Positions 39,131-49,941 of a stretch of 64,000 bases of DNA are shown here, one piece after another. Below the pieces are notes generated by a model that was not told the DNA's origin, did not search any database, and saw only the letters and a program-made list of their open reading frames with translations. The stretch is taken from assembly GCF_037042905.1 (NCBI RefSeq), contig NC_087245.1, positions 11,410,001 to 11,474,000 on the forward strand, given 5' to 3'. Source of the stretch: Lytechinus pictus (lineage: Eukaryota). Made by a program: the position numbers and the translations under genes. Position 1 is the first letter of the stretch. Each line of letters starts with the position of its first letter.

Positions 39131-39315
39131 TGTTATATATTGATAATGATGTCATACATGATGTCATACCATGACTCACTGTTTCTTATTATTGTAGCTG
39201 TGCAGGCGCAATGCGGAATAAACTAGCTTTGGAATCATATACCAAGATTATAAGACGTGTGCTATCTATGTGCCTTATTGACTAATTACTGTAGATTAAT
39301 TAGGAGTTCATAACA
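39131..39315 (+). repeat. 3' LTR
   Basis: Direct repeat of 35000-35181, preceded by the polypurine tract. Confidence 0.92.
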
Positions 39316-39701
39316 ATTGCATCTAATATCCACTTGGTATAACATCATTGTATGATTAGATGAACTGCCCATGAACCAAATATTCATATGGTAAAGTGCA
39401 AAAAGAAAGTAAACAAGTGGAAATTAGACCACACAACAATTTGCCCAAGTGAATACCAGGCGAAATGATGGTTGGACCAAGTAGCAATCGGACCAAATTG
39501 ATAGGATACAAGTGATTTTAAAATGTGATTTTCCTTCAAGGTCAATTGCACAGTGGGCATCCTCCAATGAGCTCCTGTGATGTAAACCAGTCTTGATACA
39601 CTGTAAACCTCAATATGTTACAAATGATGTAAAATATACTGTGGAATTGGGTAGAAATCACGACGGCCATTTGCCCTTTATTTGGAAAATAGGGACATCT
39701 G

Positions 39702-39878
39702 TTGGGTGTTTCATAAAGCTGTTCGTAAGTTAAGAGTGACTTTAAGAACGACTGGCGATCCTTTCTTGTGGTAAATGGTATATTCATTGGAGATAGTTTA
39801 GCGCATAAGAAAGGATCACCAGTCATTCTTGAAGTCGCTCTCAACATCTTTATGAACATCTTTATGAAACAGCCCCCT
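39702..39878. repeat. Short palindromic MITE-like repeat
   Basis: TGTTTCATAAAG...AGAGTGACTTTAAGAACGACTGG is inverted by CCAGTCATTCTTGAAGTCGCTCT...CTTTATGAAACA. Confidence 0.75.
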
Positions 39879-40205
39879 GGAGTCAATCTGTAATCATTTT
39901 GTACCTTACCAGCACATCTGTGGTAATAATGTTTTCACAAACATGGCACAATTATATTAGGTATAAGATTACCTGAATAAAATGTTGCATTCTGGGTGGG
40001 GAACCAGGAACTGTAAGAGCAGTTTGGGTCTAAAGCTGATGCTATTCATTGTGACTGTGGCAATACATGTATGCCTTTAAATGTCTTGATTCTGTTCCTT
40101 ACAGCCTACTCTCAGGGGTCAGCTAAGCTGAAATCACCAACATCACTCAGTTGTGCAAAAGAGTCTGTTTTTGTTAGGGTCCACTGATCACTGGATCTAT
40201 CAACG

Positions 40206-40337
40206 TCATGACACAGGAAATCCATCCACAGGGGAAGGTGACCCTACTGATGTCTTGAGTTTCTTGACAGATTTCTTCAAGCACTCGTACACAACCGGGT
40301 AGATACGCTGACATGTTTCTATACACTGCTGCAATGC
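40206..40337 (-). CDS. EXOSC6: EXOSC6 exon 7 (terminal)
   Basis: tatag| ALQQCIETCQRIYPVVYECLKKSV...GFPVS*. Confidence 0.9.
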   Translation of the reverse strand, partial: ALQQCIETCQRIYPVVYECLKKSVKKLKTSVGSPSPVDGFPVS

Positions 40338-43300
40338 CTATAAAAGGAAAATAACAAAAATATAAACATTAGTCACATAATTGTTACAATAAAGAGGTAT
40401 CTAATTCCAGTGAGTTAAAATGCTATTGATTGTCAAATTCATTGTAACTGTAATTACTATGGAATACTGTGTAAAAATATAGTCAATTGAAATAAATTTA
40501 AATCTCTTTAAAGAGGTCTCCATTTTAGGACATTTCTTTCTGAACCAGAGGAGTCTGGAATGATAGACAGTACAAACAGTTAATAACTTCCCTCTAAAGT
40601 CTCCAAAGGTAGAAACCCTATATGACTAACCTTGAAGGGGTCTCCAAACTAGACCTGTCCTTCCTGAACCAGAGAAGAGTCTTGATTGATAGAAGGTAGA
40701 AACCCTCAATGACTTACCTTGATGGATTCTTCACTCTGGAGCTGTCCTTTCTGAACCAGACATGAGACTTGATTGATAGAAGGTAGGAATCCGACAGTGA
40801 TGATAGCTTGTGGGTCATCTGTAGCCATGGAATCTGCAGCTTCATCAAATGCCGTTGGATCAAGCAGAAGTCTTTCTCCTGACTGTCTCTGAAATAATGA
40901 CCACATCATAGAAGGAATTAAGTTAAATGAAATATTGTAATTTCAAAGTTTTAGACTCAAAGAATTATTCCTTTTTACAAGAGGAGTTTACAATGATAAT
41001 AATCTGAGTCCCATGGCATAAAGATTTGCAGTGAATCAGACTTTTCAATTTAGATGTATTCTCATTTGTGCAATATGTCTATGCTATTGCCAGATTTGAA
41101 TTATATTGCGCTATAAACTTCTAAAATTGTCAAACAATACAATAATCTAATGAAGTTTCCACTCTCATTTTCTTTTCAAGAAGCAAACTTTATTCTGATT
41201 TATCTATGCCTTTTGACCATGTGACACCCCCCATGAGATCAGATTATGATCACTTCTATATGCTTATATTTCTACATCTTGAATTTGATCCATCAGACAA
41301 TTCTTTAGTTGTCACAAGAATTAACAATTTTCATGTTTTTAATAACCTCTGTGACCATTTTCCCGAGAAATATTCTTCGGCTGGTATAATCAAGATTTAT
41401 GAAATAACAATTCTGTTTTGCTCATGGTCAGAACTTTGAAACAGAGGATATGTGAATCAAATCCAAGCCAGTTTCCTGCTGCAAGAAATTGATGCATATT
41501 GTGCTCCATTCAAAAGGTAAATGAGTACTTGGCTGGAATTAATTCCTTGAAATGTTTGTGCGATACTGAAGTCTGCCAGGCTAAAGCTGCGGTAATAACA
41601 TTCAAGTCCTTTGGAAGCACAGAGGTAATGTGATATGCGCTATACAATATCTATTTATCATGATCCTGAATTTTAGTGATCGATAGCAAACCATATGATT
41701 GTGTTACGGAGACTTGATCATCTGTGCTCACATATGCATACATGGGGCAATTTTGAGGTTGATGCATCAAACACTTTATGATATCAAGATAACTCATGCA
41801 AATAATGACCTCCAAGACCTTTGACCTACTAGTCAGCAATTTTCACTGATAAGAGTTATAAGCTTCTAAGCCCTTGCATCTGATTGGATAGGCAAAAATA
41901 AGTCAATGAAAATCATTGATTATTTGCTTCATGGAAAACTCTAATGATGTAATACAGACTTACCACTGAACTCCCAATTACAAGGTCATACATCTCAATA
42001 CCAGCATTAGCAACAGCAATGGATGCACAAGTAATGGCTGCTGAAAGAACTGCATGGATTGGAATAACAAAATAGAGTTTATCATTGCTATGGATGTGTG
42101 TTTCGGTGTGTTTTATTTGGTTATTACAATTTATTATGAAAGTCATTATATCATTCATTCAGCCCAAGTTCAAGCAATATAATATAATTATAACAGCATA
42201 ATAGTTTAATGGCATACAGTACAGTACATCTTGTTGGGATGTCTGTACTGCCTATGACAGAAAATGTCTGGTGGCGTCCAGTGGCTATCATGTGAATATA
42301 TTCTCAAAGTGGAGTTATTGCTCTTTTTATGTCCAATTTGAATAACATTATAAGATTAATAATGTAAATCTAAAATGATATCTTGTGATACAGGTTTAAG
42401 GCAACAAAGTTTAACTTACCACTGCCATCGTTTTCTAGTACTGTGATGAAAATATCAACTTGGGACTTGGGAATCTTGTGCTGTAAACCCAAAGAAAAAT
42501 TACAAAAAAATGCAAAGAATTACTACTCTCTCATCTACCTTCTTCCTTCCAGTTGCACATCATAATTCGTCCTTTACCAATACATATGATGCATATATCT
42601 CATTTTGAATGGGCTCTTGATTAATTTACATTTTCAGGTGCAATCTCAAATTTATCAAGCTTACATCATATTTTGATTTCATATCCTCAAAAAAAATTGT
42701 TTTAAAGCATTAACATTGATACAATCTAGTAATGAATTTGAATGATAATTTGTACTTTAGGGAAGTTTCCAAAACATAAAAACATTGAAAATGTTCTTTA
42801 TTATATTCTTATGCATACTTCTAGTTCACTATAAAAGTATAAAAAATGTCACTCGACACAATTAGGGCATTTAAAAAAAAGACCCCTAATGACTATATTT
42901 TGACTCCTCAGAAGACCAGTTAAATGGTCATTACAAAATTCACAAGTTGGAAGCTACTCCTTGTGATGCTCACTGAACACAGAGTGAACAATCAAAATTG
43001 GCAAATTTTCCAAAGTAGATGACAAATGCTGTCTGAATATTATTATACAAAGTATACCTAAACATACTACATATAGCGGTCACATACATCTCCTATGCCT
43101 ATATACTTCCTGCACATGTTAATGGTACTGTTACATGTATTACCCATATACAACGTAAGCTGAAAGACATTGACACAATCACACTCTTGTCATTGACTGA
43201 AAGTAGCTTACCAAGCAAACGGCTGGTTCTAAGGCTTGCTGCACCTGTAATGCCAGGTCCTTCTCTGTGGATGTAGTTAAATGGCCTTGCCTCACTTCAC

Positions 43301-46300
43301 TGGCAAAGGTAGCAAATTTAAACTCACATCGAAGCTGACCATTGATGACAAACCCATCTCTCCTTGGCACCTCTCTTGGTCCATACACTGCACATATGAC
43401 CTTGGTGTTCTTCATTTCAATATAACATGATCCTTTCGCTTGACTAACAACCCCAGCTTTGAGAACTGAAAATCAAAGATGAGGGAAAAATGGTAGGTGG
43501 GAAGACATAGTAAGTGTTTACACAATAGTGTATATGACCTTAAGAAAACATTACAAGAAGTAGGAAAATACAAGATAATCAGAATTAACTATGTGATGAT
43601 GTCAGTTTCTAATAATAATAGGAGAGGTATGGTCTATATTCTTCTGACCATAAGACAATTAATATCAACCATGCTTTCACTGATTGGATATTCTGAAAAT
43701 TTCCAAGCTTAAATACAAACATCATAAAAAACAAATACTTACATATTGGTCTGATTTCTTCAGGTGATCTTCCATCTTGTCGCTTTCCTTCCTCTAGAAG
43801 CTACAGGTAATTGAAAAATTAACAAGAAACATGAAGGTATCAAATGCCAATTTCTAGCTAGAAAGTACAAGATTGTACTCCCCGGAGGGGGGGGGGGGGG
43901 GCTCAAATTATAACATGATACCTATGTGCCGCACCAAAAATGAAAATAGGGCCCATTAGGGGGCTCTGGAACTCAAGTTCTGTGTTAAAATGGGGGTCTC
44001 TGTAACTGCTCTAGGATCAACGATTTCTAAAAATGCAATGCTCTGGAACAGCACAAATTCAGTGTTTCGGAGCATTGCATGAATATGCATGAAATCGGGC
44101 ATGATGTTTCTGCCCAATGAACAAATCAGCGGTCTCCGAATCGATTAAAAATTAGATTGAAAATGGGGGTCTCAACCGCCGCACATATATATCTTACATT
44201 TATAACAAGTCCCCCAGGTTGAATCCGTACAACAAATAATTATCTGTATACAATTCACATTTCAGTTGTAAGTAATTATGTAAAAATTGATAATTCTAAA
44301 ATGTGAATCGTATGCAAATAATAATTATTTGTTTAATAATAATTTGTTGTGTTACAAACACTGCCTCCACACCAAGTTCATCGTCCCTACATCATCGCAA
44401 AACGAGTCAAAGGTCATGCCTCTGTGTTATAAAGTGTGGAAGCATTTTTGTAGCTGCAATTAAGCGATCAGTCTGGTAAGAAACCTTGTAATTTCTTTTT
44501 TTCTTTTTTTTCTGAAGTGAAGCCTTTATACGCAATAAGAATATTAGTGGTATCTTCACATTTTCTGGCAGCCGAGTTGATGGTCTATCTATGTGATGTT
44601 TCCACGTCTCCTCCAGGAAGAGAACACAATCCCAGGGCAGCATAAAGACTATTTTTGGCCACTAACCTACAGTAAGGAGTGTACAGTGAGGTACCATATG
44701 TATTTTTGGCACATAAACTTGATCTATTTTGCTACTTTTTCAGAAGTTATAGGGAACATTTGTAACTTTTAAGTAATTTTTATCATGTTTTAGGACTTGA
44801 AGATTATTTTTGTGTTTTTTTTTTTTACAAATTCAGAGCTTTCTAAATTTTGTGGTCCTACTAAAGGCTTCAAAACCTGATTTATTCCGCGTTTTTCCAA
44901 AATTAATGTGGTGGATTTTTTAGGAAACTCCATCATTGTTTACCACGTTCGACACACAGGTCTTTAGGGCCAGTGTCTAGGCTCCTTGATGAAAAGACAA
45001 ATAGATCTAGGTCTATCATACATGTAGAAATATCATAGTGCTCCTGCCTTGGGCTTAGACAGGAATAACTGTTGTTTCTGGGGATTTATTCAACAATTTC
45101 TGACATTTTACTATCATCCCCATTCACCAACGGAAGTACGTAAGTGCGAGCTCTCATGTGTAATCATTTCTCCCAATTCGGGCCTATATTGTTTTGTCTA
45201 TATTTTTATTTTCTTGAGGTCTAAATGATATTACATTATCTTGAACGATTGCGCACTATTTTCGTTAGACTCTAATCTTTCTTTCGATACTACGAAATAT
45301 GAAATAAAAGATAGAAAATATATGTTGCTGATGATTTATTCCTTATTTTTACAAATTTTTTGCCGGAGAGGGAAAACGTTCGTTGAGATAGTCTTTTATC
45401 AAAGCTATCCGATTAGACTTTTCGATATGGGAGCGACAAATTCCGAGAAGCGTTATGCAGCGGCATAAATCATGATATATGGCGACTGGTAAAGACGTCT
45501 GTAAGGATGATGACGTCATTCAAGATGGCAATTTACGATGACCAACGAAAGGATCGAGGATGACTATGTTTTTATCAATTGAAGGGAATTAGCGGTAACT
45601 GCGGTCTGAAGTATTACATTTCTTAATGTTATATATTTCTTTGTCAAGTTGGATGTAAAATTTCTTCTTTGTAAATGGGATATTTTATGTACAAAAACGA
45701 TCTGAAAATCGGTTTTTTGCCGAATGTTACTTGTTAGATCTAACGTTACTGCTAAAGTAAAAGTTACAGCTTTACGTACAGGCCTCCATTGACTTCAGTC
45801 TATGTATTGGTGAGAAGCCACGCAGTTCAGCAGAACAACCAAATACAGAGACTGAAGCTTTTTGGTCTACTTGGCCTTGGACTTTATAAGACTTGGCTAC
45901 CAAAATTAAAAAAATTATTCATTTCATCAAATTCATGATCAACTTAGAGTTAGATCTATCATCTAGCTATTCCACCACATTTTACACACTTCTGATCGTC
46001 TCCAACAGGCCGTTCCCGATACTCCCCTTCTAGCATACCGACGCCCACCGAATCTCAGGGACCTCATTGTTCGTGCTGAAGTGCCCTCCCTCACTAACCA
46101 TTCTTCTCCCATACAGCATGGCACCTTCAAATGCACCAGCAACAGGTGCATCATATGTGAAATACACCTTCACGAGGGCGATACTTTCACCAGCAACTCT
46201 ACCAGCCTGTCTCACCAAATCAAGGGCAACATCACATGCACTACCACTAATGTTGTATATCTCATCACTTGCAGAGTTTGTAGGGTACAATACATAGGGG

Positions 46301-47973
46301 AAACCAAGACCACACTCAAGAAACGATTCTATGGGCACAGATCCACCGTCAACACAGCAAAGCTGGACACTCCAGTTGGCCGCCATTTTAACCTCCCCAA
46401 CCACTCCATCACTGACATGATGCTACAGGGCATCGAATCTTTAGGTACCCGTCCTGACTCAGTCCGTACTAGCAGGGAGAAGCTCTGGATGAAACGACTT
46501 CGCACCACCCAACCTCATGGCCTGAACATCCAAGAGGGGAACGACTGATTTTTCTTTCCTATCCACTTTCAATTTATATATACATATAATTTTTCCCCTC
46601 AGCTCTTTTGAATAGTTACATTATAGTTTCTTACTCTACTTTCCTCCCATATCTCATACAAGCTCAGCTCCAATTTTTCCTTCCTTATTCAGGCGATATA
46701 ATAATAATTATTATATATATATATATATATATTTGTTTTTTCTCCACTCACCTCTTTTAGATTTACCACATTTGCTTATTTACATGTATACTATGGTTTC
46801 TTCATAATACACCCCCTCTCTTCTATATTTGCTTTTACCTTTTTAGGCAATTTGCTTCCTCTTTTTCACATATACAGGTTTTTTTGTTTGTTTTTTTTCC
46901 TACTATATAGTCTTATGTTTTTTTCCCGTCACACCTAGCGGATTACAATATCAGTTACACCATATGTGTATTTATATATTTTTTCATATACATTTCTTTT
47001 TTGGATATATTTATATACATATCACTTATAGATACATATTTACACTTACCTTCTTCTCTTAGTTTGTTTAATGCTTTATCATATATACTTATATGTCTTT
47101 TGCACATTATCAGTTGTTCCCCATTCTTTTTCTTTTTTTTCCCCCACTCTTATGCACCAGTTTATTAAGCCTTTCTTTGTAACCTGTTTGACCCACCTCT
47201 CACTAATTCTCTTGTTTTTCATCCCATTATCACTGTTTTGTTCCAGATCCTGTTTGATGTTGCCTGCCTCATTATTTTAATCCCTCCTGGCTTGAGGTCT
47301 TTTACTGGCCTTACTTACACTAACTTCCCTTTGTGTCTGCCTACTCCTTTTCTTTCATCCCCTTCACTAACCCGATTGGTCTTCTCTACTCACTAATGCC
47401 CCGGCCTTTTGTCTCCTTGTTTCTAGTGTTGCTGTAGCTTGTTTGTGGTCTATATTATGGTTGTTCCACTTTATATGTTTGTCATTTTGCCTCCGACGAA
47501 GATTCTGCTAGGATCGAAAGCTTAGGCCCCTTTTTTACTTTCTAATCTAGCTATTCTATTTCTAGCTCTCTTTTTTTTCATTCCGAGTCCGACATTGCCA
47601 TGAATAATTGCAGAGTGCTTGAAATCTGTAGACTGTAATTGGCTTCCCTGTAATTTCTTCAATTATATCATTATCAAATGTTTAACAACGGGTGTTTCCT
47701 TACTTTAAGTTTACTATTAGTAGGCCTATTAGTTTTGCGGCGCGGCGAACTGCAACTGCACTGAAAATTCACCACGACTCCGATGGTTACCCACGCCGGC
47801 AGTCACGGCCAATGATTAATGAAGATGAGCGGTTCCGTGACGTTAGAATAGTCAATAGAAAGGGATTCTTGATCTCTACTTACCGGTTGATGCAGTTTAT
47901 CAGTCCGTTTCTTATACAAAAAGGTGCTTTGCGATTCATCTGGTCCTTGAATGCGCTTGGTGTCAGTCGGCAT
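40206..47973 (-). CDS. EXOSC6: Exosome complex component MTR3 (RNase PH-like), 283 aa. Exons 47973-47884, 43800-43743, 43465-43212, 42480-42420, 42049-41964, 40888-40718, 40337-40206
   Basis: MPTDTKRIQGPDESQ (compare vertebrate EXOSC6 MPGDHRRIRGPEESQ), RPIFLKAGVVSQAKGSCYIE, TKVICAVYGPRE, ALEPAVCL, PKSQVDIFITVLENDGS, AITCASIAVANAGIEMYDLV. All introns are GT-AG and the 852 nt join in frame. Confidence 0.95.
40718..40888 (-). CDS. EXOSC6: EXOSC6 exon 6
   Basis: ttcag| RQSGERLLLDPT...VGFLPSINQVS...ESIK|gtaagt. Confidence 0.92.
41420..41655 (+). mobile_element. Degenerate copy of the same SINE in EXOSC6 intron 5
   Basis: Shares ACTTTGAAACAGAGG, GCAAGAAATT...ATTGTGCT and AATGTGATATGCGCTATA with 49641-49941. 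Confidence 0.7.
41964..42049 (-). CDS. EXOSC6: EXOSC6 exon 5
   Basis: gcag| VLSAAITCASIAVANAGIEMYDLVIGSSV|gtaagt. Confidence 0.93.
42420..42480 (-). CDS. EXOSC6: EXOSC6 exon 4
   Basis: tacag| HKIPKSQVDIFITVLENDGS|gtaagt. Confidence 0.93.
43212..43465 (-). CDS. EXOSC6: EXOSC6 exon 3
   Basis: ttcag| FLKAGVVSQAKGS...ALEPAVCL|gtaagc. Confidence 0.94.
43743..43800 (-). CDS. EXOSC6: EXOSC6 exon 2
   Basis: tag| LLEEGKRQDGRSPEEIRPI|gtaagt. Confidence 0.9.
45973..47544 (+). mobile_element. 5'-truncated Penelope-like retroelement (GIY-YIG endonuclease end and 3' tail), antisense in EXOSC6 intron 1
   Basis: Open frame to stop at 46548: AYRRPPNLRDLIVRA, CTSNRCIIC, NVVYLITCRVCRVQYIGET, RFYGH, REKLWMKRLRTTQPHGLN. 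Long pyrimidine-rich tail ends in a hammerhead-like motif. Flanked by the perfect direct repeat ATCTAGCTATTC (45961-45972, 47545-47556). Confidence 0.93.
47489..47527 (+). ncRNA. Minimal type I hammerhead ribozyme variant at the Penelope 3' end
   Basis: GCCT-CCGACGA-A-GATTCT-GCT-AGGATC-GAAA-GCTT-AGGC: stem I GCCT/AGGC, core CcGACGA (consensus CUGANGA), stem II GATTCT/AGGATC, GAAA, and a palindromic loopless stem III. Confidence 0.75.
47884..47973 (-). CDS. EXOSC6: EXOSC6 exon 1
   Basis: ATG at 47973; MPTDTKRIQGPDESQSTFLY...HQP|gtaagt. Confidence 0.92.
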
Positions 47974-49640
47974 TTTTAACAGTTATGTCTCAAATTTATA
48001 TTAAATTTGGAAAAAGTGCTTAGCTTCGTCAACCTCGTTTAAAATTTCAGGATCGTGGGTGCAGTGATATGGTAAAGTTAGCTGAGCAAAATAATAGGGA
48101 AAACACCAAAAGCATTTCGCTCATAATATGAGCGATGTGCGGAGGATTCAAAAACAAAGTAAATGTATTAAATATGCCCGTCAAATGACAGAGAACATGG
48201 GAGGTCTTTATCGAAAATTTGTGACCCGGAACAACACTTTGGTCCTAAGTTTTAGGCCTGGCGAAAAATTGCAACTGTATTGCCGTTTGTCCAGAATCAA
48301 GGGCACTGTATGCATGCATGCTTATTTAATTCATCAAAACTGAAGCATCTTCTTCTTCTTCCTCTCCCTCCTCTTCTTCTTCCGCTTTTTATATTCTTTC
48401 TCCCCATCTTCATTCAAAAATGAAAAAAATGCCATTTTGATTGTAAGTGCATTGCAGTCATCTAAAAGTCCTTAAAAGCTTTGAGAGTTATTAATATGCT
48501 AATGAACAGTTTGGAGAGAAAAATTGAATATGTGAAAATATATATCATTTGTAAGAAAATCTAGATTCTACTGACATTATATTCTTAGAGGATTATTTCA
48601 CCCGAAGCAACACTCACTTTAGACTTTTCTAATTTTCGAGCCTCATTGGCTAAAAAAAGCGGATGAATAGAATATCTCATTTTTATGTGCTCGTGATGCA
48701 TTCCATGATATCCAGGTATTGAGATATTCACTTTTGAAATCGGTTATTGGAATATTTAGATTTAGAGATAGTTTTATTCACTTTCCGTTCAATATCATAA
48801 TTTATGATACATAAAATAGAAGAAATCATGAACTGAATTGAGGTGAACTAAAATGATTTTGGCTGATAAGTAAATGAAATAGAACGGAGGACACACCAAG
48901 AAATGCCATGCTGGTATGAGAGGCAAGCCCTGTAACTTATGGTTTCAGTTATTTTGCAAAACGAGTATACATATACAGCAACATTGGGGGGGGGGGACGG
49001 AAACTTTACAGAATGTAAACGTTTTAACGAATGAGTGACAGTAACTTTAGACAAAGTGATTATGATACAATATTAATAATTATAAATAATAAATAGTATA
49101 AATGAAATTATAAGTGAGAGAAAGAGATTGAGAGACGAAAGCGATTTTCGAGACCTTCTTGTTATTTTGTGAGTGTCTGATGTAAATAAGTAGGCCTAAA
49201 ACAAACTTCTCCATTAAAAAAAATCTTTGGATAGTAGAGGTCATTTGTGACATTGTCTAACTCTGAACAGAATAGATGAATGCCATTGAGTATCGTCTAG
49301 GTTGTTCTCAGCATAGGAAAATCATGGGGATTTTATTTTTGCTTACTTACTGCGCTCGCCCGTCAATTCTATGTTCATCTAAGTTAATTTCAACCAGCGA
49401 TTATTTTTGTTTCAGCAATATTATTTATATAATACTTTCAATGTCTGTACATAAAGTGTAAACTATGTCGTTATCCCTTAATTGTATAGATGTAGGATTT
49501 CAAAATGCACAATTAAAAACATATGCTATTCGACAGAAATAGTGGTCTAGAAATATGGAATTTTTTTACTTATCGTATAGGCTTACTTCATTTAATTCAT
49601 TTTCATTAGGCCTATCATTGTTTGAAATTTATTTCACATA

Positions 49641-49941
49641 GGTGGAGCAATGTGGCCCAGTGGATTAGTCTCCGGACTTTGAAACAGAGGGTCGTGACCG
49701 TGGGTTCAAATCCCAGCCATGGCGTAGTTTCCTTCAGCAAGAAATTTATCCACATTGTGCTGCACTCAACCCAGGTGAGGTGAATAGGTACCTGGCAGGA
49801 ATTTATTCCTCGAAATGCCCTGATCGCTGGAAGGCTGCATGAACTACAGCCGGGGTAATAATATTCAAGTCATTTGGACGGGCATACAGTCTTTATTCAT
49901 AATGTGATATGCGCTATATACAAGAACTGTCTATTATTATT
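49641..49941 (+). mobile_element. tRNA-derived SINE
   Basis: A box TGGCCCAGTGG, B box GGTTCAAATCC, core CTCAACCCAGGTG...GGTACCTGGC and (ATT)n tail; related fragments near 20460-20540 and 41420-41655. Confidence 0.8.

Larger units (their letters stand above)
35000..39315 (+). mobile_element. Decayed Ty3/Gypsy LTR retrotransposon (gag-pol pseudogene between ~180-bp LTRs)
   Basis: LTRs at 35000-35181 and 39131-39315 (TG...CA). Flanks ATTGT/ATTGC form an imperfect 5-bp TSD. PBS-like CTGACGATGAGG follows the 5' LTR and a polypurine tract AAGGAGGAAGAGA precedes the 3' LTR. Remnants of gag (WSEYIERMGHYFDAN), Zn knuckles, protease (VDTGS), RT (WAAPVVPV, KLDLSHAY, YLDD), RNase H (ACDAS, DALSRLP) and integrase (VIVDAYSKW, DNGP) are in Gypsy order, with many stops and frameshifts. 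Confidence 0.95.

Noticed and set aside
46081..46548. Stand-alone host GIY-YIG nuclease gene
   Set aside because: No ATG start or promoter; bounded by a TSD and followed by a Penelope-type tail, so it is a retroelement fragment.
49641..49720. tRNA gene
   Set aside because: A and B boxes are present, but the cloverleaf is imperfect and runs into a SINE body and tail that recur elsewhere in the window.
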